Shown here: piece after piece, positions 1 through 8,214 of the stretch
Position numbering within the stretch: the stretch's first letter is position 1
How the letters are laid out: every line of letters starts with the position of its first letter
Source: a candidate division WOR-3 bacterium
GTDB taxonomy: Bacteria; Hydrothermota; Tepidihabitantia; Tepidihabitantales; CAIPLT01
Direction: 5' to 3'
Assembly: GCA_965649215.1 (NCBI GenBank)
Contig: CBFGJZ010000031.1
Span: 1-17,559 of the forward strand
Length of the DNA: 17,559 nucleotides
Notes under the pieces: generated by a model
What the model saw: the letters and a program-made list of their open reading frames with translations, nothing else
What the model was told of the DNA's origin: nothing
Databases searched by the model: none
Made by a program: the position numbers and the translations under genes

Positions 1-676
1 TAAACTTAACAAAGGCAGGTCTTGGATAATACATCATTACGATTACGAGTCCATCGACTAACTCATGATATAAAACCCCAAACGTAAAAAAGATTAATAG
101 CCACCATCTTTTACCAAGCCCATACCAATGATAAAACCCTAATCCGACTAAAGCGCCGATAATTGCGTGAAGTTGAATTGCGTAAGCGCGCTCCCAGACC
201 GTGTACCAGGTGGTAAAATACATAAACAGGTTAATGCCAAAAATCCGATTGAGCACTGGGATATAGCCAATGATTGACAAAAAGAGTGCTTCGCCAATGC
301 CATAACAGAGACCAACCCAATAACCAAAAATTGTCGCGCTAATTTTAGAGGTAAAAATCGCCCTGCCATCTTCACGCGCAATTGTAATGAAGATAATAAT
401 CACAAGCAGTTTGGCAAGGGTTTCCCAGAAATTATTATCCATCTGGACAACACCCAGAACAAACCAGAATTTATTGTAAGCAATGACCATTGCCTTTTCC
501 CAGTGTTTACGAAATAAGAAAGCCGGGAAAAAGATAAAGGCAATAAAGCCCGTTAATGACCACAACCAAGCAGAGATTTTGTCTAACAGTGATCGTTTTC
601 TAAAGATTGTCCAATATAATGTCGGTACAATAATACCGATACCAACAAATAAAATTAAGGAAGGTAGTATTGTCAA
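1..676 (-). CDS. YhfC/PrsW-like glutamic-type intramembrane protease (runs off the left edge, 3'-truncated)
   Basis: Not in the ORF track because it has no stop in the window. Manual translation from TTG at 676 is open to position 2: MTILPSLILFVGIGIIVPTLYW...FWETLAK...GYWVGLCYGIGEA...WERAYAIQLHAIIG...LYHELVDG... Multiple hydrophobic segments, with motifs in the order expected for YhfC/PrsW (ExxxK, GxGE, ER..H, H..D). Start codon uncertain. Confidence 0.7.
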   Translation of the reverse strand, partial: MTILPSLILFVGIGIIVPTLYWTIFRKRSLLDKISAWLWSLTGFIAFIFFPAFLFRKHWEKAMVIAYNKFWFVLGVVQMDNNFWETLAKLLVIIIFITIAREDGRAIFTSKISATIFGYWVGLCYGIGEALFLSIIGYIPVLNRIFGINLFMYFTTWYTVWERAYAIQLHAIIGALVGLGFYHWYGLGKRWWLLIFFTFGVLYHELVDGLVIVMMYYPRPAFVKF

Positions 677-688
677 AAGCTTATAGAA

Positions 689-1168
689 TTATTCCTTTTC
701 TGCCCATTCTTTAAGTTTGCGTTTAATCTTTTCCTCAATTTTTTTACCGATTTCTTCCCATTCTTTTTTCTTATCTTCGTTTTCAGATTCTTCAACCCAA
801 GCTTTGACACCTTCGCGGATTTTTTCTTCGATTTTATCTTCCAGAGCTTGCCATTCGTATTTTTTTGCCTTTCGGCTCTTTTGGATTTTGACACCGCCTC
901 CGATTGAAATAAACAAGCCTAATACAAATCCGAGATTATAAGGCCAACCTGTATTATTTATTTCATAGATTTTGACTGTATTTGTAAAAAGGCTGATTAT
1001 AAAAGTTATGACAACAATAATGCCATGCCAAAGACCTGCCCAAAAGCCCGCTGGTTTTGAGCCTTCAATGTTTGGATCCCACCGATAATTACCAGGCGCA
1101 CAAGTTAAAAATCCAATGATAATAATAACTCCTACTATCAACCACAGGTAATTTTTATTTTTTAACAT
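689..1168 (-). CDS. Hypothetical membrane protein with a charged, duplicated C-terminal helical repeat
   Basis: Strong SD (AGGAGG) before the ATG. N-terminal hydrophobic segment, then PAGFWAGLWHG and YEINNTGWPYNLGF segments with two further TM helices. Tail has two similar units: EWQALEDKIEEKIREGVKAW and EWEEIGKKIEEKIKRKLKEW. Confidence 0.8.
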   Translation of the reverse strand: MLKNKNYLWLIVGVIIIIGFLTCAPGNYRWDPNIEGSKPAGFWAGLWHGIIVVITFIISLFTNTVKIYEINNTGWPYNLGFVLGLFISIGGGVKIQKSRKAKKYEWQALEDKIEEKIREGVKAWVEESENEDKKKEWEEIGKKIEEKIKRKLKEWAEKE

Positions 1169-1200
1169 AATACCTCCTTCCTTGATTTATTCACACTCTA

Positions 1201-1228
1201 ATTATAGATGAATTATATTACTAGTCAA
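1201..1228 (-). promoter_or_regulatory. Sigma70-type promoter for the 689..1168 gene
   Basis: Minus strand TTGACT (1228-1223), 16 bp spacer, TATAAT (1206-1201), upstream of the SD and ATG at 1168. Confidence 0.6.
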
Positions 1229-1241
1229 TAAAAATTGTTAA

Positions 1242-1817
1242 CTATTCTTTTCTAAATATGACAAACGACTGGTCTGCTAAAAAGTCAAAGCGGTTTGAGA
1301 TAACAAAACCGCAGCGAATTAAGGTGTTAACAATTTCGGCCTCAGGGGTATGATGGCGTCCGCGATGAAAGAGGCGGAAAAAGAAAGGCCGTGGTTTATT
1401 ATACTCAATGATGGCAATTCGGCCATGTGGTTTGAGATATTTTTTTAAGCGCGCAAAATATTTAATCGGTTCGGGCAGATGATGATAAACATTTCTTAAA
1501 AACATTAAGTCAATGCTATGTTCAGTTAGGCCAATGTCATCATTCTTTACTAAAACTGCTTCCACATTTTTTAAACCACGAGCTTGAATTTGGTTTTTAA
1601 TATATTCAACATAGGAACTTTCCGTGTCTAAGGCATAAACCTTGCCGGTTTCAGTTACTTTTTGAGCGAATTCAAAGGTATAAAAACCGCCGCCCGCACC
1701 AATGTCAGCGATAATATCGCCGGGTTTGATCCCTAGACTTTTAATCACTTCTTGTGGTTTATATTTAACGGAAGCAGCTTTTTTATTAAATTGTTCTGGT
1801 TTTGACTTTTTTGACAT
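1242..1817 (-). CDS. Class I SAM-dependent methyltransferase
   Basis: Motif I IADIGAGGG, acidic VYALD, and post-II/III motifs DLMFLRNVYHHL and LKPHGRIAIIEY. Confidence 0.9.
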   Translation of the reverse strand: MSKKSKPEQFNKKAASVKYKPQEVIKSLGIKPGDIIADIGAGGGFYTFEFAQKVTETGKVYALDTESSYVEYIKNQIQARGLKNVEAVLVKNDDIGLTEHSIDLMFLRNVYHHLPEPIKYFARLKKYLKPHGRIAIIEYNKPRPFFFRLFHRGRHHTPEAEIVNTLIRCGFVISNRFDFLADQSFVIFRKE

Positions 1818-1827
1818 ACTTACCTTT

Positions 1828-2676
1828 CTATTTTTTTAGCCAGAGATTTTTTGCTTCTGGGCTTTTTTGGCGTTCTATTAAAGTTATTGCATCTTTAGAG
1901 CAGGCAGCGCGACAAACACCGCACCCGAAACATTTTGCTGGATTAATATAAACTTTTTGATTTGAAGAAGAATAGAAAATCGCGGAAAATTGACACTGCC
2001 GAATACATTGCTTACAACCAGTACATAAATCCCAGTTGACCTCACAAATATATTCCGCACGAAAGTAATAAGAAGGTCCCTTATTGACAATATAATTGCG
2101 ATAAGCCAGACAATCATAATCGCAATTACACATACCAACAATAAATGGAGTAACGCCGGTCCAAATCGAATGTACCAATCCTTCTTGGTCAAACCTACGA
2201 AAGAGTTTTTTGGCATCGTCTTTAGTAAGTACTTCAAAAGAGGAGTCGGGTTCAGTCCCTTTTGTACCTAAAGGTCCAACGGAAACGCCAAAACAATAGC
2301 GCTCATTTGGTTTACTTGTCGTCCAATAACGACAGCCACAAGGAAATCGAGTAATATTATTAACTAAATCAATTACTTGTTCAACATCTTCAATGGGTAA
2401 AACCTGACCAAAATGTTCGACTTTAGTTTCGTAAATAATCTCTTCTTCAGTCTTAGGGACGGTCGATGATTTTAATATGTTGGGTAAATCTCCTGCAGGT
2501 TTTGTGTGAAAAGTGAAAGATCGATAGAAATTAATTATCCAATGACGACGAGTCTTGGTGCCAACAATTGCTTGTTGTTCCGGGGTTAGTTCTTCAGTTA
2601 GAAGTTCGCGGGAATAATTTTTCATCTGCAAATACCATTTTTTGCCTTCGCCATGCTTTTCACAAAATTCACACAT
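1828..2676 (-). CDS. 4Fe-4S dicluster (ferredoxin-domain) protein with additional Cys motifs
   Basis: Two CxxCxxCxxxC motifs (CTGCKQCIRQC, CFGCGVCRAAC), plus N-terminal CEFCxxH, CGCR..YC and CNCDYDC. Confidence 0.85.
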   Translation of the reverse strand: MCEFCEKHGEGKKWYLQMKNYSRELLTEELTPEQQAIVGTKTRRHWIINFYRSFTFHTKPAGDLPNILKSSTVPKTEEEIIYETKVEHFGQVLPIEDVEQVIDLVNNITRFPCGCRYWTTSKPNERYCFGVSVGPLGTKGTEPDSSFEVLTKDDAKKLFRRFDQEGLVHSIWTGVTPFIVGMCNCDYDCLAYRNYIVNKGPSYYFRAEYICEVNWDLCTGCKQCIRQCQFSAIFYSSSNQKVYINPAKCFGCGVCRAACSKDAITLIERQKSPEAKNLWLKK

Positions 2677-2741
2677 AGTTTAATGTCCTTGTGTTACACT
2701 TGTTCGGTTTGTTTTTTATCATAATTAACCCTTACCATAAT

Positions 2742-2769
2742 AAAATAACCATATAATTGGAGATGTCAA
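2742..2769 (-). promoter_or_regulatory. Possible sigma70 promoter for the Fe-S protein/methyltransferase pair
   Basis: Perfect TTGACA (2769-2764), 16 bp spacer, weak -10 TATTTT (2747-2742). Confidence 0.35.
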
Positions 2770-2940
2770 GCACAAATATTGGTTACTGGAAAGTTCTTTA
2801 ATAATCAAATTATTGTTGATAACATAATTAATATTATTGTTTGAGAAGAATTAAGTACTACGATTGAGGGGGAATAAAATGAATTGAAAGGTATATTCGT
2901 AGAAATAAGACTTTTAGCTGTTCTAATAACGGTTTTAATA

Positions 2941-2977
2941 ATAAAGTAGCCGCAGATTTGTAGTCTGCGGCTATTTT
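2941..2977 (-). terminator. Intrinsic terminator of the AAA+ ATPase gene (possibly bidirectional)
   Basis: Perfect 10-bp stem TAGCCGCAGA (2947-2956) / TCTGCGGCTA (2964-2973), 7-nt loop, T-rich tails on both strands, 13 bp past the ATPase stop. Confidence 0.8.
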
Positions 2978-2986
2978 GGTTAGTAA

Positions 2987-4468
2987 TTAGATTTTAAAAC
3001 CGATGGGTTTTGCCTGACAGAAACTATCTTGGGTTTCTTGTTTTATAAAGAAGAGTAAGTCGGCTTGGGAAATGGGACGGTTATTTTTGGCACATTTTAT
3101 TACAGTTTTTAAAATAACATTCTTGATTTTTCCGCCCACAATGGCATATTTAGCTAGTTCTTCAAACGAAACATCTGAGCTTAAGTAGGAACAGTCTTTT
3201 AAGAACATATGCCATATTTTTATTCTTGCTTCAAAAGATGGCAGGTCAAATTTAAGTTTTAATAATAGCCGTCGTTCAAATGCCTTATCAAAAATGACTT
3301 CCCGATTAGTGGTTAATATTATCAAGGATTTAGTTCTTTCTAATTTTTGCATTAATAGGTTAGTTAAGTTGTTATGCATACGATCTGCACTATGAGATTC
3401 TTCAATTCTTTTGGCAAATAAGGCATCCGCTTCGTCAAACAAGAGTACACAATCGTGATACTCTGCTTCTTCAAAACATCGTACGAGATTTTGTTGCGAC
3501 TGACCCACCCAATTACTTAATATTTTATCATAATTGACAATACCAATTTTCTTGCCTAGTTGTTTCGCGATTGCTTCAGCGGTAGCAGTTTTACCTGTGC
3601 CGGGTGGCCCATAAAAGAGCATAGCTACAGCTCGTCCATAAGGAATTTTGTCTTTTAAACCATATTTTTCATATACTTCTTCGCCGTATTGGTATTGCCA
3701 AAGAGCATCTTCAATGCTCATTTTGATGGTTGGGTTTAAAATGATATTATCAAAAGTTAATTCGGGTTTTTTTAGGTAAATCAGGTTAGATTCTGAATAT
3801 TCGTTGTCTTCTTCAAATGTATTATCAGTAATGCCGCTAATAAGTTTAAATGCTTTGATAGAGATTTGATAGGTTTTTTCAAAAGGCAACTTTTTTTCTG
3901 GTCCAAATGAAGTTTTTACCTCGACAATTAATTTTGATTTAAAAAGTTGACCATTGGTTTCAAGTAACGGACTTTGCTTGATCGGGTCTGTCTTATTAAT
4001 GTAGCCAGCAATATTTAATAAAGTAATTCCATAAATTTTTTTACTTTTGAGACGATGAAAATAAAGTAAAGCAAGAATTATGCGTTCGGCTTGCTCAAGT
4101 TTGTATTCATTGCATATTTTTTCAAATAAAATTTCTCCATTAATATTTGTTGCGTCTAATATTATATCTTGTAGTTGTTTTTTAAAAATATCCTCTTTTA
4201 TTTCAAAATAAGGTTCTTTTTTATAAAAATCAAAATCAGGGAGCGTGTTCAAAAAGCGAGCTTTGGGACCTTTGTATCCGCGGGGGTCAATAACTCCAAC
4301 CGGCACATATGATAATAATGTTTTAGGAAACTCATTAAAATTTTTGAGATAGCACTCGCAGAGCTTTTTTAAGACATACATATAATGTGAATTTAACGTA
4401 TCAATATCCTTTTGTGCTGGAGCGGCATTGTGATTGTTTTGGTTTTTTCTACAATTTTTTTCTTGCAT
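2987..4468 (-). CDS. AAA+ ATPase (SpoVK-like classical AAA domain with an uncharacterised N-terminal region)
   Basis: Walker A GPPGTGKT, Walker B LLFDEAD, sensor I TTN, arginine finger AFERR, C-terminal PIGF motif; SD AAGGAG upstream. Confidence 0.88.
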   Translation of the reverse strand: MQEKNCRKNQNNHNAAPAQKDIDTLNSHYMYVLKKLCECYLKNFNEFPKTLLSYVPVGVIDPRGYKGPKARFLNTLPDFDFYKKEPYFEIKEDIFKKQLQDIILDATNINGEILFEKICNEYKLEQAERIILALLYFHRLKSKKIYGITLLNIAGYINKTDPIKQSPLLETNGQLFKSKLIVEVKTSFGPEKKLPFEKTYQISIKAFKLISGITDNTFEEDNEYSESNLIYLKKPELTFDNIILNPTIKMSIEDALWQYQYGEEVYEKYGLKDKIPYGRAVAMLFYGPPGTGKTATAEAIAKQLGKKIGIVNYDKILSNWVGQSQQNLVRCFEEAEYHDCVLLFDEADALFAKRIEESHSADRMHNNLTNLLMQKLERTKSLIILTTNREVIFDKAFERRLLLKLKFDLPSFEARIKIWHMFLKDCSYLSSDVSFEELAKYAIVGGKIKNVILKTVIKCAKNNRPISQADLLFFIKQETQDSFCQAKPIGFKI

Positions 4469-4612
4469 AAGTATTTATACTCCTTTTTATTTAATAAAGA
4501 AGCATAAAGTATATGCCTCTCTTAATATAATGATACTTTTATCCCTAAAAATCAGATAAAACTTTTTATTTTTAGAGCAAAAATTAAGATTTTAGTACCA
4601 TACGTCCTCCTT

Positions 4613-4650
4613 CCACTATATATAGTGGTGGTTTTCACAAATATTAGTTG
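4613..4650. promoter_or_regulatory. Perfect 16-bp palindrome plus a weaker second copy 22 bp away (NrdR-box-like pair)
   Basis: CCACTATATATAGTGG at 4613-4628 is a perfect palindrome resembling the NrdR consensus acaCwAtATaTwGtgt. TCACAAATATTAGTTG at 4635-4650 is a partial match. Confidence 0.4.
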
Positions 4651-4840
4651 TTTTTAATACTTATTTTTTAATACGCACAAGTATTTTTTCGGCGATTTGT
4701 CGGAAAGAAACTCTCTGCAGATGTAAAAATTAACACAAAAATGTCCTCTCATTATATTTAATTAGACATTGAAATATGGAAATGGATACAAAAAACTTAT
4801 TATTTTTTTATATTTAAGCTTCAACTTGTAGTTAAGACAA

Positions 4841-4860
4841 ATGTTACAACTTTGTAACAT
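4841..4860. promoter_or_regulatory. Operator-like inverted repeat
   Basis: ATGTTACAA-CT-TTGTAACAT: perfect 9-bp arms with a 2-bp spacer, in the divergent intergenic region. Confidence 0.45.
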
Positions 4861-5180
4861 AATTTTGAAGAAGAAATATTTAATAACTAACTACTAATCA
4901 ATGAGTAACAGTAAAAACTGATTTTTAAGGGGAAGTACCCCCTCTACCTTGTGTATTTTAATATATAAACGGTCTTACGGTTTTATTTTGAAACTGTGGT
5001 AATGAGTTTAATTTAGTCGATCTTAAAGTAAGACCTTAAAAACGCAACTGAAACTGCGATAGATTATGATGTAAAGAAGTAAAAGTAAGCCCAGATAGAA
5101 TTTTTGTTATGTAGTTACAGGATACACGAAATTTGTGATCAGGATTGGATAAAAAAATGGTTACTAGGATGATAAAATAA

Positions 5181-5209
5181 TTGAAAAAGTTAAGCGGGTT
5201 TTGTATAAT
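5181..5209 (+). promoter_or_regulatory. Sigma70 promoter of mutM, probably giving a leaderless transcript
   Basis: TTGAAA (5181-5186), 17 bp spacer, TATAAT (5204-5209). ATG at 5217 follows after 7 nt with no SD. Confidence 0.7.
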
Positions 5210-5216
5210 TTCATTT

Positions 5217-6053
5217 ATGCCAGAGTTACCAGAAGTAGAGACAATTAAGCGAGAATTGAAACCGCATCTTATTAATAAAAAAGTGCTTAAAGTAAAGATT
5301 CAACGTAAAGATATTATTGGCTATCCATCAGCCGAGGAGTTTATTAAAGGTATTCAGGGCAAGACCATTACAAAATTGGTGCGTAAAGGTAAGTATTTGA
5401 TATTTGAATTAGATAATGATAAGGTAATGGTTATTCACTTAAGACTGTCAGGTCAGTTGTTGATATGGCATAAGAATAACGGTTCAGCACCAAAACACGA
5501 ACGGATTCGTTTTTTCTTATCCGATAATAAAGTGTTAAGTTTTGTTGAACCCAGAGTCTTGGGTCGTGCTTATTTAGTGTCCAAAGATAATTATCCTGAT
5601 GTATTAGGTGGCTTAAAAGAATTAGGTTTAGAACCAATTGACAAGCAATTTGATTTTGATTATTTGTATTCAAAATTAAAAGGGCGTAAAGCGCCTATTA
5701 AGCATCTCTTGTTAGATCAATCAATTGCCGCTGGTGTTGGTAATATTTATTCGGACGAAGCATTGTTTTTAGCCAAAATTCATCCATTACAAAGAGCTAA
5801 CCGATTGACTCGTAAAGATATTAAAAATATCGTGAAGAGTTTAAAGACGGTTATTAAAGCCGGTATCAAATCAAAAGGCACAAGTGTATCTGATTATTTA
5901 AGACCCGATGGCCGAGAAGGTAAATATCAGTTCTGTTCGTATGTTTTTAACCGAGAAGGTGAGATGTGTCGTAAATGTAAAACAATTATTGAATATAAGA
6001 AAATTGGTAACAGAAGAACAAGATTTTGTCCAAAATGTCAACGCAAGAAATAA
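5217..6053 (+). CDS. mutM: Formamidopyrimidine-DNA glycosylase / AP lyase
   Basis: Catalytic N-terminus MPELPEVE fixes the start at 5217 rather than 5181. RKGKYL, H2TH motif GVGNIYSDEALF, and C-terminal zinc finger CRKC...FCPKCQ. Confidence 0.97.
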   Translation: MPELPEVETIKRELKPHLINKKVLKVKIQRKDIIGYPSAEEFIKGIQGKTITKLVRKGKYLIFELDNDKVMVIHLRLSGQLLIWHKNNGSAPKHERIRFFLSDNKVLSFVEPRVLGRAYLVSKDNYPDVLGGLKELGLEPIDKQFDFDYLYSKLKGRKAPIKHLLLDQSIAAGVGNIYSDEALFLAKIHPLQRANRLTRKDIKNIVKSLKTVIKAGIKSKGTSVSDYLRPDGREGKYQFCSYVFNREGEMCRKCKTIIEYKKIGNRRTRFCPKCQRKK

Positions 6054-6084
6054 CGTTTGAAGAGTCAAAGTGTTAAAATTTACC

Positions 6085-6954
6085 ATGCCAGTAATTATTA
6101 TTAATGGTGGAGCAGGTAAGATTAAGAACCCACAAGCACATCGCCGTGGTATAAAAAAAGCATTAGCAATTGGTTGGACGATATTGATAAACGGTGGGAG
6201 TGCTTTAGATGCGGTTTGTGAATCGGTTAGATATATGGAAGATAGCGCGATTTTTAATTGTGGCAGTGGTTCTTGTTTAACCTTAGATGGTAAAGTTGAA
6301 ATGGATGCATCGGTAATGTGTGGGGACGGAAAATTCGGCGCGGTCGGCGCAATTGAGGGGGTAAAAAATCCGATTCTGGTCGCCCGCAAAGTTATGGAAG
6401 AAACTGATCATCTTTTACTGGTTGGTAAGGGTGCTAGTCAATTTGCTTTTAAAATGGGCTTTCCTAAATACCAACATATTTCTGAAATGCAAAAGCAAAG
6501 ATTAGCAAAACTTCTCAAAAAGAAACAATCTCCTTATTTCCCAAAATTGGACAAGTATTTAAAATTAGGCACGGTCGGAGCAGTTGCTTTAGACAATGAT
6601 AATACTCTTGCGGTTGCAAATTCAACTGGGGGAATATTAGGGAAACTCGCCGGTCGGATTGGCGATACACCGATTTTCGGCGCGGGTGTTTTTGCATCTT
6701 CGGATGGTGCGGTCGCAGCCACTGGTCATGGCGAAGCAATTGTAAGATTATGCTTGTCAAAATATGTTGTTGAACTCATGTCTAAAACGAAAGCACAAGA
6801 GGCAATAAAACAAGGAATAAAATTAGCAACTCAATATAAGGTTTTATGCGGATTGATTGGATTAGACTGCCACGGCAATATTGGTTATGGTTATACAACT
6901 CAAACAATGTCATGGGGCTATCTTGATCGCAATGGTAAAATGAGGATATTTTAG
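6085..6954 (+). CDS. iaaA: Isoaspartyl peptidase / L-asparaginase (Ntn hydrolase)
   Basis: NGGAG, EDSAIFNCGSG, EMDASVM, autocleavage motif GTVGAVA, STGG, GRIGDTP, ATGHGE. Start probably ATG 6085 (ORF track uses GTG 6070). Confidence 0.92.
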   Translation: MPVIIINGGAGKIKNPQAHRRGIKKALAIGWTILINGGSALDAVCESVRYMEDSAIFNCGSGSCLTLDGKVEMDASVMCGDGKFGAVGAIEGVKNPILVARKVMEETDHLLLVGKGASQFAFKMGFPKYQHISEMQKQRLAKLLKKKQSPYFPKLDKYLKLGTVGAVALDNDNTLAVANSTGGILGKLAGRIGDTPIFGAGVFASSDGAVAATGHGEAIVRLCLSKYVVELMSKTKAQEAIKQGIKLATQYKVLCGLIGLDCHGNIGYGYTTQTMSWGYLDRNGKMRIF

Positions 6955-6966
6955 CACTCGAAAGTC

Positions 6967-6995
6967 TTGACATAGCAATTATTTTTCATTATAGT
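6967..6995 (+). promoter_or_regulatory. Sigma70 promoter upstream of the DJ-1/PfpI gene
   Basis: TTGACA (6967-6972), 17 bp spacer, TATAGT (6990-6995). Confidence 0.75.
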
Positions 6996-7020
6996 AAAGA
7001 TTAGACTCAAGAGAGAAACC

Positions 7021-7707
7021 ATGAAAAAGTTATTTCTCATTATCTTAATAAGTATTATTGTTTTTAGTTGCAAGAGAACAGAAAGTTCAAATATGACGAG
7101 CGATGTGATTTATGGTAAAACACTGGATAAATTATTAAAAGATACTATTCTGCCCATAAAGGATTCGAGTGAAATTAAGCATTTTGTGATGGTAATTGCA
7201 CCCCGTGCTTTTCGAGATGAAGAGTTTAAGATTCCTTATGAATATCTGACGGGTTTAGGGCATAAAATCAAAGTCGCTTCCCGGGATACAATTCTTGCGA
7301 CCGGACTACTAGGACTGGCTTTAAAACCACAAATAACAGTTAAAGAGATCGATACCCTTGCGTTTGATGGTATGATTTTGGTTGGTGGCACGGGCGCCGC
7401 TATTTATTGGGATGATTTGCTTCTGCATCAAATGATTCGTCACTTTAGTCAGCGACCCCACAAATTAATTGCGGCGATCTGTTTGGCTCCGATTACCTTA
7501 GCCCGCGCCGGTATTTTAACCAATAAAAAAGCGACAGTTTTCAAAGACCGATTTACGCTCAATGAATTTAAACAGAAACAAGTTTTATATGTAGAAAGCG
7601 GTGTGGTGATAAGCGGGAATGTTATTACTGCCGCTTCGCCACAGGATGCAGATAAATTTGCTAAAGCGATTGCGCTTAAGGCAATGAGATTAAAATCTCA
7701 ATTATAA
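7021..7707 (+). CDS. DJ-1/PfpI family protein with a predicted lipoprotein signal peptide
   Basis: FRDEE, LVGGTG, nucleophile elbow AAICLAP, LARAGIL, GNVITA. N-terminus MKK, hydrophobic stretch, then VFSC lipobox-like motif. Confidence 0.88.
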   Translation: MKKLFLIILISIIVFSCKRTESSNMTSDVIYGKTLDKLLKDTILPIKDSSEIKHFVMVIAPRAFRDEEFKIPYEYLTGLGHKIKVASRDTILATGLLGLALKPQITVKEIDTLAFDGMILVGGTGAAIYWDDLLLHQMIRHFSQRPHKLIAAICLAPITLARAGILTNKKATVFKDRFTLNEFKQKQVLYVESGVVISGNVITAASPQDADKFAKAIALKAMRLKSQL

Positions 7708-7736
7708 CGAGATTTTTTAGAAAATTATAATTTTCA

Positions 7737-8174
7737 ATGAGGACGGTGCTACAGCGAGTTAAAAACGCTTCGGTTTTTGTAGATGGCAATGAGATTAGTA
7801 AAATCAATACTGGGTTTTTATGTTTTTTGGGCGTGCACAAAGATGACCAAGCCGAGCAATGCTGGGAATTAGCAAAGAAAATTGCTCATTTAAGAGTTTT
7901 TGAAGATAACAATGGCAAAATGAATTTATCAATTATGCAAATTAAGGGTGAAATCTTAGTAGTATCGCAATTTACTCTTTACGCTGATTGCGAAGGTGGC
8001 AATCGACCATCGTTTAGTAAAGCGATGGAAGCAGGAACTGCGGAACAATTATACAAGCAATTTGTACAAGCATTAAGAGATTTAGGCATTAATACACAAA
8101 CCGGCAAGTTTGGTGCGAAAATGGATGTGATGCTAACCAATGATGGACCGGTAACAATTATTTTAGAAGCATAA
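7737..8174 (+). CDS. dtd: D-aminoacyl-tRNA deacylase
   Basis: MRTVLQRV, SQFTL, GNRPSF and NDGPVT signature motifs. Confidence 0.97.
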   Translation: MRTVLQRVKNASVFVDGNEISKINTGFLCFLGVHKDDQAEQCWELAKKIAHLRVFEDNNGKMNLSIMQIKGEILVVSQFTLYADCEGGNRPSFSKAMEAGTAEQLYKQFVQALRDLGINTQTGKFGAKMDVMLTNDGPVTIILEA

Positions 8175-8214
8175 TTAGGATGAAATTATTTATATAAGGA
8201 GAAACTAAATAATT

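Noticed and set aside
4967-5062. Second 12-bp-phased array (AAAC at 4967, 4991 and 5051; GGTCTTAC/GTAAGACC inverted repeat)
   Set aside because: Too few and too weak matches to distinguish from chance in AT-rich DNA.
4469-5216. Replication origin (AT-rich, gene strand switch, dnaB in the window)
   Set aside because: No consensus TTATNCACA DnaA boxes were found by eye, only partial matches; no dnaA or dnaN nearby.
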